From: a virus
Length of the DNA stretch: 64,000 nt
Virus record (IMG/VR): IMGVR_UViG_3300049571_000582
Coordinates: 1-64,000 of that record
Strand: one strand, 5' to 3'
Position numbers and translations under genes: made by a program. Every line of letters begins with the position of its first letter. The stretch's first letter is position 1. Shown piece by piece: positions 46,786 to 56,407 of this stretch. A model generated the notes under the pieces. The model did not search any database. It was given only the letters and a program-made list of their open reading frames with translations, and was not told the origin of the DNA.

Positions 46786-49776
46786 ATGAGCATCACCGTA
46801 AGTTCAATCTCTGTTGTTCAAGGCACCGGCAGCTATGTCATGCAGTCCGTGCTGGAGGTGACTTACACCCTCGCCGCCGACGGATCCAACGCTGACCACC
46901 TCTTTGATCTGGAGGCACAGTTTCAGCTCACGACAGCGCTGCCCGCGTGGCACACGGCCTACCTGCATCCCAATCCCCCCGCCGCCGACGTCGCCCAGAC
47001 ATCGGTGTCCCCGGGCACCCACAAGCTGCTGATCCGCGTGCCCACCAGCCTTGACCAGGCGGGGATCGCAAGCCCCTATGCCAACTACACCGCCCAGCTG
47101 CTGGTGCGGGTGCGGGCCAAGGACACGACCACCAACGAATACTCCGCCTACGCCCAGAACACCTCCGCGGTCGACCTCAAGGCCAAGAAGCCCCAGATGA
47201 CCGCCGCGACGATGCCCCAGTGGATCGGCAACATCGGGACCCCCGTTCCCTACATCGCCGTGCCCATCACCCTGGGCGGCAATGATGGGGCCACGCCGAC
47301 CACCGGCGATCCCTCGTTCTACCGCGTCTCCCAGGATCTCTCGAACCTCGCCGACGGCGTGGGCCCCTTCACGGTGTGGGAAACCACCGGCGAGTTTGCC
47401 TTCAGCTACAGCGATGCCGACGGCGAAAAGGTCGTCTACGCCAAGTGCTATGACCAGTTTTACAACTCCTCGGACGCGATGGAGTTCACCTACTCCGGCA
47501 CCGCCGGCGAATATCCCTACCTCCAGAAAGCACGGCCATCGAAGACCCGCATCCGGTTGGTCGGCTCGGCGGGCAACGAAGATTACACCGGCATTGCCAT
47601 CAGCGAGAACGGGAGCTTTTCCGCGGATCGCAGCTGCAAGCTCTATGTCTCGGCCGAGTCCCCGGTCCCCATGACCTTCCGCATCCTCCCCCAGTCCGAC
47701 GTGGAAGCCGCGGCGAATGTGAACGTGGACATCGATTATCAGCCGGCCAACGTGCTGCAGATCGTGCACCTGACAACCAATCCCCTGAGCCCCTCCGACG
47801 ACGACAAAGACATGGACGCGACGGTGACCGTCGTTGTGTCCGTCGCCGATGCGGCCGGGAACGGCGACACGCTCTATGCCTCCATCCGCCTCAACACCCG
47901 CCTCTACGCCTCCCACTTCAAGCCGCTCAAGGCGGAGGACGCCAACTACCGCCACATGCTTCGGGAAGTCGGAAGCAGCGGCAACGAAGCAACCATCCCG
48001 CGCAGCACCCTGGTCTCCGACCGCCCGGTTCGCGCGTGGCCCGACATCTTTTATCCCTCCAGCCACAGCTACCCCACCGACGCCTTTGGGCAATTCGACG
48101 AGGCCGCGGCCATTGCCATGAATGGCGTGTCCAATTCCATGTTCGACGCGGTGACCCTGCAAGCGAGCACCGCGGGCATCAACGGCAGTGGCAAGGTGGT
48201 GGTGTATGACGATCAGGGGCGGCCGGTCACCAGCGGCTGGACCTCCGATGGATCGAAGAACTACCAGGGAATGCTTTCGTCCAGCGTCGCGAACATGACC
48301 TACTGGACGATCGACAACGACGGCTTTGGCGACTTCGCCCTGGACTTTGAATACTTCGATCTCGACCCCAACGCCTACGGCCCCCCATTCAACCCGCTCT
48401 CGCCCTATCGCGGCGACGTGCTGTGCATCTATGACGCGACCACGCCAGGTGCGATGAGCGTGGCAGTGGATCCGGCTACGGGACGAAAGCAGTACACCCT
48501 CGCCGACTCCACGAAGCTCAAGCTCCTCATGGCATTCACCGGCGGAGGCACCCACGTGATGGACCTCGTGTCGCGGAAGATCGTCAACGCCAACACGCAG
48601 GGCGGCTTTACCACCGAGGTGATCCGCGGGATCCCGCAGGTGGTCATGATCCTCTACACCGACGCCGACGGCGAGAGCGCCGGGTTCAAACTCAAGAGCG
48701 GACCGCGGCATGACCACGAGTGGACCAATTACGACGTCGACGAGAAGAACGGTCAGTTCTGGGTGCACAAGCATGAAACCCTCGGCACCGCCCCGGGGGC
48801 CTCGGACGACACGACCAAGCGTTTGATCGGCACGTATCTCAGCAGCGATGTGACGATTCACCACGACACAGGTGAGATCGAGTTCGCTGTCGCACCGGTT
48901 GGCACGGTCACCGCCGATTACACCTACTACACCTCGGACACCTTCCCCACGACGACGCTGATGGCCAGCAAGGACGACATCGTTCATTACAGCGAGCCGG
49001 AAGTGTACATCCTGCAGGCCGGGGAATCGGTGCCCAGCGATACGACCCGCAACGCGATCTTTGAGATTGACGGCTTCGGGAGAATCACCACGGGCATCAG
49101 CTGGAACAAGGATGCGGGCCTCGTCGAATTCGAGGACATCTCCGTGCTCCCCACCGGCCGGCGTCTGTGCGCGGAATTCCACCACCACACCTACAAACGC
49201 ATCAGCAGCGACGGCTTTGGCGACCTGACGTTCAATGACTCGATCCTGGTTGCGGACAACACGCCTTCGTATCCCGACTACACCTTCACCGACATCAAGA
49301 TGGTCAACGAAGGCGACGCGATGATCGAGACCGGAAAGATGGTCTTTGTCGCCCGCGGCTTTGACACCAACGGCGATGGCGTGGTGCTGGTGCCGGGCAT
49401 TGATCCGCAATACCCCACCCCCGAAAGCATCGTGGACCGGGTGCTGGACATCAACCGCCCCTGGGATGTTCAGCGCGGCACCAAGGAGGAGACCTACGAC
49501 GTGATGGCCTGCGCCTTCTCGTCGAGCTTCATCTGGACGCGGGCATGCCTCAAGAGTGGCGGCACCGATGCCTCGAACACCTCGGCCACCGGGATCCTGG
49601 GCACCTGGAAGAACAAGAGCTTCGGGAACATCCCCGCTCGCGGGCATCTCTTTGGCCGCGTGGTGTGGGTGCTGGGCGGGACCTCGGGGACAAGCTATCC
49701 CCAGAAGACCACCGCCGGCCCCAAACGCTGCAGCTTCGAGGTTTCGGGCAAGTATTACGTGCCTCCCACCATCTAA
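46786..49776 (+). CDS. Large virion protein with Ig-like and CUB-like domains (996 aa)
   Basis: Ig-like motifs DGEKVVYAKCYDQFYN and VSVADAAGN; CUB-like YWTI...LDFEYFDLD...DVLCIYD...YTDADGESAGF. Confidence 0.75.
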   Translation: MSITVSSISVVQGTGSYVMQSVLEVTYTLAADGSNADHLFDLEAQFQLTTALPAWHTAYLHPNPPAADVAQTSVSPGTHKLLIRVPTSLDQAGIASPYANYTAQLLVRVRAKDTTTNEYSAYAQNTSAVDLKAKKPQMTAATMPQWIGNIGTPVPYIAVPITLGGNDGATPTTGDPSFYRVSQDLSNLADGVGPFTVWETTGEFAFSYSDADGEKVVYAKCYDQFYNSSDAMEFTYSGTAGEYPYLQKARPSKTRIRLVGSAGNEDYTGIAISENGSFSADRSCKLYVSAESPVPMTFRILPQSDVEAAANVNVDIDYQPANVLQIVHLTTNPLSPSDDDKDMDATVTVVVSVADAAGNGDTLYASIRLNTRLYASHFKPLKAEDANYRHMLREVGSSGNEATIPRSTLVSDRPVRAWPDIFYPSSHSYPTDAFGQFDEAAAIAMNGVSNSMFDAVTLQASTAGINGSGKVVVYDDQGRPVTSGWTSDGSKNYQGMLSSSVANMTYWTIDNDGFGDFALDFEYFDLDPNAYGPPFNPLSPYRGDVLCIYDATTPGAMSVAVDPATGRKQYTLADSTKLKLLMAFTGGGTHVMDLVSRKIVNANTQGGFTTEVIRGIPQVVMILYTDADGESAGFKLKSGPRHDHEWTNYDVDEKNGQFWVHKHETLGTAPGASDDTTKRLIGTYLSSDVTIHHDTGEIEFAVAPVGTVTADYTYYTSDTFPTTTLMASKDDIVHYSEPEVYILQAGESVPSDTTRNAIFEIDGFGRITTGISWNKDAGLVEFEDISVLPTGRRLCAEFHHHTYKRISSDGFGDLTFNDSILVADNTPSYPDYTFTDIKMVNEGDAMIETGKMVFVARGFDTNGDGVVLVPGIDPQYPTPESIVDRVLDINRPWDVQRGTKEETYDVMACAFSSSFIWTRACLKSGGTDASNTSATGILGTWKNKSFGNIPARGHLFGRVVWVLGGTSGTSYPQKTTAGPKRCSFEVSGKYYVPPTI

Positions 49777-49797
49777 GGAAAAAGGCTTAGACACACC

Positions 49798-52700
49798 ATG
49801 GCAACGGTTCGGCCGGACATTCTCGTGAAGGTCGGGTCCGGTCCGCTCGACGCTGTTGGCGAATGGGCGGCCGTGGACACCCCCACGCCCTACGTTGAGT
49901 GGTCCGCCCCGCTCCTGAACCAGTTTCGCTTCTCGGTGAAGATTGCATGCGTGGAATCCGGTGCGACTGCAGTCGCCACCAGCGGGCCGCGCACGGGAAC
50001 TGACCAGCATTTCCGTTTCCCCGTGGGCGTGGGAATGGGGCCGGGGTTTGCCGGCCTTTGCACCGTCGAAGTGGCCCTCAGCCAGAACTCCACCGGCGAC
50101 TTCGAATTCATCTCGCCGCCTTTCTACTTCGTCTACGATCCCTACACCGAAAATCTTTTCCGGGCACGCAAACTCACGCTGCGGTTCAATCCTGGTGATG
50201 ATCCCGATGCCTTGCCGCAAAATGGGGGACGCCAATATCACGCGCAGGTGGCGTCGGATCCTCTGTTCATGAACGTGCTCTGGGAGAACAGCGCCATCGC
50301 CGCCGGCCCCGCGGCCGAGGTGTCCTACGACGTTCCTCAGGAAGATCTCACCCTTGAGACCAACCGTATCTACTTCTTCCGCGTGCGCATGTCCGACGGC
50401 CTCGATTTTGGCGACTGGTCGATCGTCAATGCCTTCCGCAATTTTCAGGATCTGCCGCCGGTTGTGCGGTTCGTCTCCGTGGGTCCCTCCACTGGCGACG
50501 CCGGCGACGTGCTGATCACCTTCGACATCGACGACGCCGCGCGGGTGCCGGCAAGCGTCGAGTTCTACTACGTCGATGGAACTGGTCCGGGAGACCGACA
50601 GCCCCTGAGCCTCGTGGAGTCCGCCGGTCACCTGATGCCTGGACGCCACAGCGTCACGTGGCGGACCATGAACCAGCTCTCCCGCAGCAAGCATGACCAG
50701 ATCATGCTCTTTGCGCGGGCACGGGATTCAAGGAACTACGGCCCAGAGGCGGCATTTGGCCCGGCGGTCATCGACAACTCGGCGATCCCCGTGCCCGTGG
50801 GCGGCATCGGCACTGACCGCTGGAGATTCTCTGTGGCCGGCTGGGCCGCCAATCCCGGCAAGTCGCTGGACCTTGACCCCGTCGACATGCCCGTCCAAAT
50901 GGCCATCGGCGACGATGCCCTGAATGTCGATCAGCAGTTGCCGGTGGCGGCGGGGCAGGTGTGGAAGCCCAGCACGTACGACCAGGTCCTCCCAACGCAG
51001 ATGCCGACCCTTGTCGACAGCATCCTCCACATCGCCGGCCAGGGGCTCTCCCCACTCGACGGGGTCTACGTTTGGGTTCCCCAGCAAACGCCCGATGGTC
51101 CGGGGGCCATGACCAAGAAGCTCGACCATTTCCTCCTGCAGACGCCCACCGGTCCGGTGCGTTTGCCGGCGACGGTGACGACGGTTCATGGCACCACGGC
51201 GATCAATGAAACCAGCGTCACTCGCCAGTTCGACGGTGGCTGCGTTGCCACCACGGGCACCTACCCCGGCGGCATCACCGCGGACATGAACCCGATCGAC
51301 TTTCCCGCCCGCGGCATTCTCTGGCGGTCCGAAGCCCTTTCGCTCTCGGGTCCTGTCGCCGGCGAGACGGCCCAGCCATTCAACTATTTCTTCTCTGGCA
51401 TCTCCCCCGACAGCCACCCCGGCCACGCCCTCCAGCCCCGCCCCGGCCAGCTGGGCGGCTTTCGCGTCTCGGGCTCGCTGGGTCGCTCGTGGAGCACGGT
51501 GGATCTGGGCTTTGCGTTTCTCCAGGCGTACTGGGACGCCTACAACACCGTGCACTGGCGGGCGACGGCATCCGAGACCTCCTCGGTGCGGATTCAGTTT
51601 TGCCGGGTGCTCGACGATGGCAGCGAGCCCGTCTTCATCGACGTTCGCGGTGACAATGCCGCCTTCTCTGAAGAGACCGGCCGCTGGATCACCGACCCGC
51701 TGGTGTTCAACATCTACTGGGACACCTCCGACCGCACGGCGATCCCCAGCGGGGGAACCTACCGGCTGCGGATCCGCCAGTGCGACCCGAAGTCACGCAC
51801 CATCGGCGACTGGGTGTACAGCAGCGACTTTCAAATCATCAACGGCATCACCAACCCCGTCAGCATTCTCAGCGAGATCTATGAGCCGTGGTCCAAGACG
51901 GTGACGATCGAGCTTCGATGCGACAGCAGCACGGGGGAGTATTACACCCTCACCAACTTCTGGTACTCCACCGATGACGGGTTCACCTGGAAACGCATCA
52001 GCATCGGCGACATCTCCGGGGCCCGCGCACATCTTTCCAGCCTCCCCGGTGAGAACCGGCACGTGATTGTTTGGGACACCAGCGGCTACAACGTGAGCGC
52101 CTCCAACAACGTCCGGGTGAAAATCGCCTGTGCGCCCGCAGAGGCCCTTTCGGCGATTCAGGTGCCCTTCTTCAAGTGGCTCACACCCGCCAATCCCTAC
52201 GTCGACGCCGCGGAAAGTCAGGCCGTCGATCTGCTGGGCCGCTGGGAAACGCGGGTCTACGATCCCGCCACCGGGACCATCGTTCCGGCGGTCCCGCCGG
52301 TGCGGGTGCCTGGAACCCTGACCATGCTCCAGCAGCAGGCTGAAGGGGTCCGGCAGGATCCATCGACGGGAGCACCGCAGGGGGCCTACAGCTTTTTGAC
52401 GCCCGATGCCAACGGCTTGATCACTGGAAAGAGCTGGCCCGGCGGCGGGGGGAGCCGGTGGGCCGTCGCCGACCAGGACGGATACAAGGCATGGCTGGCG
52501 GCTCCCTTCACGCCGATCGAGACCCACGCCCAGGCCCTCTCCCGCATCAGCCAACAGATGGACTACATCACGGCTGTGCAACTTCCCGCCCTTCAGAAAA
52601 CCATCGCCGCCGGCGAGAAGCGGGTGCGCAAGCGGCTCATGGATCAGGGATACTTCGCCGAGGAATTCTTCCCGGTCATCAATGGCAAGATCACCGAGAC

Positions 52701-54642
52701 GATCACGGCTCCCGCCAACGGCGTGGAGATCAGCAACGTGGGAAACGATGGCGTCCGCGACGTGGTCCGGTGGTGGCGATTCCGTGTGCAGACCAGGGCC
52801 GAGGGCCCCGACGGTGTGTACGAGGCCGACGGCAACTATGCGCCGGTGGATCTGTGCGACCTCGAGCGCGTCCTCTACGAATTTGAACTCGACGCTGCAC
52901 CCACCTTTGACAGCCAGTCCGGAGGCAATCCTCTTCGCCGCAAATTCAGCAACTACGACGGCTCACTGCTGGCGGTCGCGACGGCGACATCGCAGGCGGA
53001 CTCCCCCGACGCCCCCGCGGCCTATCAGGGGGCGGTGCTCAAACTGCCTCCCTCCGAGCTGCCCGGGAAGGTCGCCGGCGATGAGCCCGCGTCTGGCCAG
53101 GAGAGTTTCGAGGCGACCTACCAGTGGCGGGTCGCCGCATACAACCGCTTCACCGGCGATGTCACCGCCCGCCCGCGGCCGCGGATCACCGCCGCCTCGG
53201 TGGATCACGACACCGGCACCGGCGTTTTCGAGTACCTCGCCCAGGCCCACCCGATGATCACCACGATGAGTCTTGGGGTCGATCCGGAGATGGGCGGGAG
53301 CCACGTCAACGGCTACGCGATCAGCGGCACCTTCCTGGCGATGCCGGCGTGGGTCGATGAGACCGAGCTGGCATGGATCTCCGATCGCCGCGCACCGCTT
53401 GAAGATGGAAATCCCAGCCGGCAGATCAACAGCCTCAACTGGGTGTGGCCCAACACCGACCGCAAGCGCGTCTCGTTTCTCTACGACGAAGCGAAGGGCC
53501 AGTACGTCGGGTTCATGGCCAAGAGCGATCCCAACGATCTCAGTGGGCAGCGTCATCGAATCGTCGGCATCCGCGCGATGGAGTTGGGAAAGCCCTGCGA
53601 ATACGACGTCTACTTCGCCGACAACCCGGCGCTTGCGATTTATGGACCGTGCGTGGTCCGCGTCAACGGGACGTACCGGCTCTATGTGACGGTGCAGGAC
53701 ACGGCTGCATCCCAGCCGCGGATCATGACCGCCAGCAGCAGCGACGGTGACTCCTGGTCCGCGCTTGTGGAAACCGGCGTCGACCTGGGTGCCAACCCCA
53801 GCGTGGTCTTCGACGGCACACACTTTGTGATGTTCTTTGAGAAGCCCTCGACGGCTGTTCAGTCACCCGATCCCTCGCCTGAATCCCCCTCGATCGAGTC
53901 GAGCGGATATGCGCTGCTGGAAACCGGCGGGTCGGCGAGGGTCCGCGCGCCCCAGCAGGCGACGATCCACGGTGCCGCCTCGGGGCCGGCGTCGGTGCAG
54001 ATCCACTACGCCACCTCGGTTGATGGTGTGAACTTCGGCGTCAGCACACAGGCCACCGCCGACCCCTACGGTGCACAGGCACCCGGGGCGGTCCGCCTCA
54101 ACGGTGCATGGGTTGTCTACTACCAGAGCGGCAACTTCATCGTCTCGGTCGCGGGGCTGACGCCGGGCACCCTCTCGGGGCGAAGGACCGAGCGGTCGCC
54201 GGTGAATGGATTTTCCCCGATGCACCCGATGCCTTTTGTCGATCTTTACCAGGGCAACGAAGAGCTCTTCCTTGCCTACACCGCGCGGAAGGGGTCCGAC
54301 TATCGCACCCGGATCGTTCGTCTGGAGGACCGGGTGTGGGTTCAGGGGAACACCGACAAGATCTTTGGAGCCCCGGGCCACCTGCTGAACGTTCCAAGTT
54401 CCGCCGCGGGCATTGAGCGACAGGTGCGTGTCGACTTGCTGAGTCACGGCATCAGCGAAGGGGCGAGCATCAAGGTCCGCCTCAACTTCACGGACTGGTC
54501 CCCGACATCCAAGACCTACCTGCGGCAATCCGACTGGGTGTCGGCAAGCAACGCGGAGGAGACCGGCAGCGTCGTGAGCCCGGAGAGCTTCACCTACACG
54601 TCACTGCTTGATGCGTTTCCCTATTTGAGGATTGCCTCATGA
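49798..54642 (+). CDS. Large virion protein with FN3/Ig-like repeats and a glycosidase-like beta-propeller (1614 aa)
   Basis: FN3-like YFFRVRMSDG..GDWS, YRLRIRQ and YQWRVAAYN; Asp-box-like STDDGFTW, SSDGDSW and SVDGVNF; blade motifs GPCVV..NGTYRLY and NPSVVFDG..FVMFF. Confidence 0.75.
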   Translation: MATVRPDILVKVGSGPLDAVGEWAAVDTPTPYVEWSAPLLNQFRFSVKIACVESGATAVATSGPRTGTDQHFRFPVGVGMGPGFAGLCTVEVALSQNSTGDFEFISPPFYFVYDPYTENLFRARKLTLRFNPGDDPDALPQNGGRQYHAQVASDPLFMNVLWENSAIAAGPAAEVSYDVPQEDLTLETNRIYFFRVRMSDGLDFGDWSIVNAFRNFQDLPPVVRFVSVGPSTGDAGDVLITFDIDDAARVPASVEFYYVDGTGPGDRQPLSLVESAGHLMPGRHSVTWRTMNQLSRSKHDQIMLFARARDSRNYGPEAAFGPAVIDNSAIPVPVGGIGTDRWRFSVAGWAANPGKSLDLDPVDMPVQMAIGDDALNVDQQLPVAAGQVWKPSTYDQVLPTQMPTLVDSILHIAGQGLSPLDGVYVWVPQQTPDGPGAMTKKLDHFLLQTPTGPVRLPATVTTVHGTTAINETSVTRQFDGGCVATTGTYPGGITADMNPIDFPARGILWRSEALSLSGPVAGETAQPFNYFFSGISPDSHPGHALQPRPGQLGGFRVSGSLGRSWSTVDLGFAFLQAYWDAYNTVHWRATASETSSVRIQFCRVLDDGSEPVFIDVRGDNAAFSEETGRWITDPLVFNIYWDTSDRTAIPSGGTYRLRIRQCDPKSRTIGDWVYSSDFQIINGITNPVSILSEIYEPWSKTVTIELRCDSSTGEYYTLTNFWYSTDDGFTWKRISIGDISGARAHLSSLPGENRHVIVWDTSGYNVSASNNVRVKIACAPAEALSAIQVPFFKWLTPANPYVDAAESQAVDLLGRWETRVYDPATGTIVPAVPPVRVPGTLTMLQQQAEGVRQDPSTGAPQGAYSFLTPDANGLITGKSWPGGGGSRWAVADQDGYKAWLAAPFTPIETHAQALSRISQQMDYITAVQLPALQKTIAAGEKRVRKRLMDQGYFAEEFFPVINGKITETITAPANGVEISNVGNDGVRDVVRWWRFRVQTRAEGPDGVYEADGNYAPVDLCDLERVLYEFELDAAPTFDSQSGGNPLRRKFSNYDGSLLAVATATSQADSPDAPAAYQGAVLKLPPSELPGKVAGDEPASGQESFEATYQWRVAAYNRFTGDVTARPRPRITAASVDHDTGTGVFEYLAQAHPMITTMSLGVDPEMGGSHVNGYAISGTFLAMPAWVDETELAWISDRRAPLEDGNPSRQINSLNWVWPNTDRKRVSFLYDEAKGQYVGFMAKSDPNDLSGQRHRIVGIRAMELGKPCEYDVYFADNPALAIYGPCVVRVNGTYRLYVTVQDTAASQPRIMTASSSDGDSWSALVETGVDLGANPSVVFDGTHFVMFFEKPSTAVQSPDPSPESPSIESSGYALLETGGSARVRAPQQATIHGAASGPASVQIHYATSVDGVNFGVSTQATADPYGAQAPGAVRLNGAWVVYYQSGNFIVSVAGLTPGTLSGRRTERSPVNGFSPMHPMPFVDLYQGNEELFLAYTARKGSDYRTRIVRLEDRVWVQGNTDKIFGAPGHLLNVPSSAAGIERQVRVDLLSHGISEGASIKVRLNFTDWSPTSKTYLRQSDWVSASNAEETGSVVSPESFTYTSLLDAFPYLRIAS

Positions 54643-55034
54643 GCACGATCCCAACAGAGAACCCCGGCGTCAGCCCCCCGTTTCCAGTCAGTGGCGAGGA
54701 GTTCATTCTTCGGCACATCCAGGCGATCACCCGCGTGCAGATCGAGGGCGTCGAGCCGCCGACCCTTGGGCTTCAAGCGGGCTACTCGCCGGCGGTGGTG
54801 ATGACCAACCGGTGGTTTCCATGGATCGATGAGAAGCTCGTCGAGCCCAAATATGACGGGGTGTCGCAGTACCTGGGGATCCCCTCGAACCAGCCCACTC
54901 CCATTCGCGATTACCACATGCTGTCCTTGTTCCGGGCCGTTGATGCGATCCTCGCGCCCGCGTACACGGGCCTCATTATGTCGCAGGTCGACTCAATCAT
55001 GCCGGAGAGTCCGCCTTTATCGCCAAGTCATTGA
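54639..55034 (+). CDS. Hypothetical protein (131 aa)
   Basis: ATGA overlap; GAGG SD. Confidence 0.7.
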   Translation: MSTIPTENPGVSPPFPVSGEEFILRHIQAITRVQIEGVEPPTLGLQAGYSPAVVMTNRWFPWIDEKLVEPKYDGVSQYLGIPSNQPTPIRDYHMLSLFRAVDAILAPAYTGLIMSQVDSIMPESPPLSPSH

Positions 55035-55056
55035 AGATAAAGCCTTTTGAGACTAC

Positions 55057-55086
55057 CGAAGTTGTGAATGAGTTGCCATAGCATCT
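55057..55086 (+). promoter_or_regulatory. Putative phage late promoter, copy 9 (CGAA-N18-TAGCATCT)
   Basis: GAA 55058-55060 and TAGCAT 55079-55084; intergenic, followed by a poly-G SD and ATG 55114. Confidence 0.7.
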
Positions 55087-55113
55087 GATGAAGATGTCCG
55101 GGGGGTTCTGCGC

Positions 55114-55776
55114 ATGTGGCTACAAATTTGGCTCACCATCCTCGGAGAGGCGCTCAAGTCGCCTCTCGAGTATTGCGGGGGGAAAGTGGGCAAATGGCTT
55201 GGCGTACATGTAACACATCGCCTGACGCTCCCGGAAACGATCGAACGGACCCAGGCGCTCCGGAACAAGATGGCCGAGCTTCGCGTCCTCGTCGGCGCTG
55301 ACCGGGTCGGGATTTTCCAGTTTCACAACGGCGGCACCTTCAGCAACAAGAATCCGCAGTGGCGCGTGAGCTGCACCGACGAAGTTCACGCCCCTGGCGT
55401 GGAGCCCGCCGACGCCTCCACCCAGGCCGTCTTCGCCAGCCGGCTCATGGAAATGGTTGCCCACCTGTTCGACAAAAAGTTGATGCAGGATCACGTGTCC
55501 TGCCCCGGTGAAAACACCTTCCTGCTGTCGGTCGACCGCATGGCCGATGGGTTCACCAGGAACCTGTTGTGCGTGCAGGGCGTTCGCTCCATCCTCCAGT
55601 CGCCCCTCTTTGATCGCGACGGAATGATCTGCGGCTACCTCGCTGCAGACTTTTGCGACTTTGGACATGGGACGCACGTGGGCGACCAAAAGATCGTCGA
55701 GAACCTCGCGGCGTTTCAGCGGTATGTGCCCCAGATCGAGTTTGCCCTTGTGGCGAAAACACCGATGGGGGATTAA
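55114..55776 (+). CDS. GAF-like domain protein, possible holin/antiholin
   Basis: ADRVGIFQFHNGG...SCTDE...GVRSILQSPL...ICGYLAADF is a GAF-like pattern; short hydrophobic N-terminus. The holin role is inferred by analogy to T4 holin T. Confidence 0.55.
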   Translation: MWLQIWLTILGEALKSPLEYCGGKVGKWLGVHVTHRLTLPETIERTQALRNKMAELRVLVGADRVGIFQFHNGGTFSNKNPQWRVSCTDEVHAPGVEPADASTQAVFASRLMEMVAHLFDKKLMQDHVSCPGENTFLLSVDRMADGFTRNLLCVQGVRSILQSPLFDRDGMICGYLAADFCDFGHGTHVGDQKIVENLAAFQRYVPQIEFALVAKTPMGD

Positions 55777-55804
55777 GGAAAAAGGTTCGGGGGAAGCACC
55801 GGCT

Positions 55805-56407
55805 ATGGTGGCGACGATGGAGCCGCAACGGCTAAAGACCTGCACCAGGTGCCAGGTCTCAATGCCTGCGACCACTGAATTCTTCAACCGCAAGGCAGAT
55901 GCCCCATCTGGATTGCACGCAAGGTGCAAGCAGTGTGTTCGGGACTACCACAAGCAATGGCGCAAGTCTCCGTCAGGTGCTGCCTCCACTCGCAAGACGT
56001 ATGAGAAGAAAGGCACCCTGCCGCGACCGGCGATCAGCGCCTTAGCCTGTGCACGATGCAAGGTCGAAAAACCTGCCACGGCCGAATTCTTCTACCGGAA
56101 TGCAAAGAACGCCACGGGTTGGGGGAGCTACTGCAAGGGCTGCCACAAGCCGCTCGCCAAGGCTTGGAAAAGGTCCCACCGCTACAAGATCACACCAGAC
56201 GAATTCCACTCGCTCACTCAAAAGCACCAGTCCTGTGCCATCTGCAAGTTGCCATTCAATGGATCGCCGCAGGTCGACCACTGCCATGTCACCGGAAAGG
56301 TGCGTGGTCTCCTCTGCTACAAGTGCAACACGCTCCTGGGGCATGCAGACGACAGTCCAGAAATTCTTGAATCGGCGATCCGCTACCTGAAGGAGCATGG
56401 AAACTAA
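55805..56407 (+). CDS. Endonuclease VII-family HNH (homing) endonuclease
   Basis: CAIC...VDHCHVTGKVRGLLCYKCN; two N-terminal CxxC..PAT.EFF.R....G....CKxC repeats; codon usage more AT-rich than its neighbours. Confidence 0.9.
   Translation: MVATMEPQRLKTCTRCQVSMPATTEFFNRKADAPSGLHARCKQCVRDYHKQWRKSPSGAASTRKTYEKKGTLPRPAISALACARCKVEKPATAEFFYRNAKNATGWGSYCKGCHKPLAKAWKRSHRYKITPDEFHSLTQKHQSCAICKLPFNGSPQVDHCHVTGKVRGLLCYKCNTLLGHADDSPEILESAIRYLKEHGN

Noticed and set aside
55777-56407. Group I intron carrying the HNH gene
   Set aside because: Both flanking genes look complete, and there is too little non-coding sequence for an intron core.
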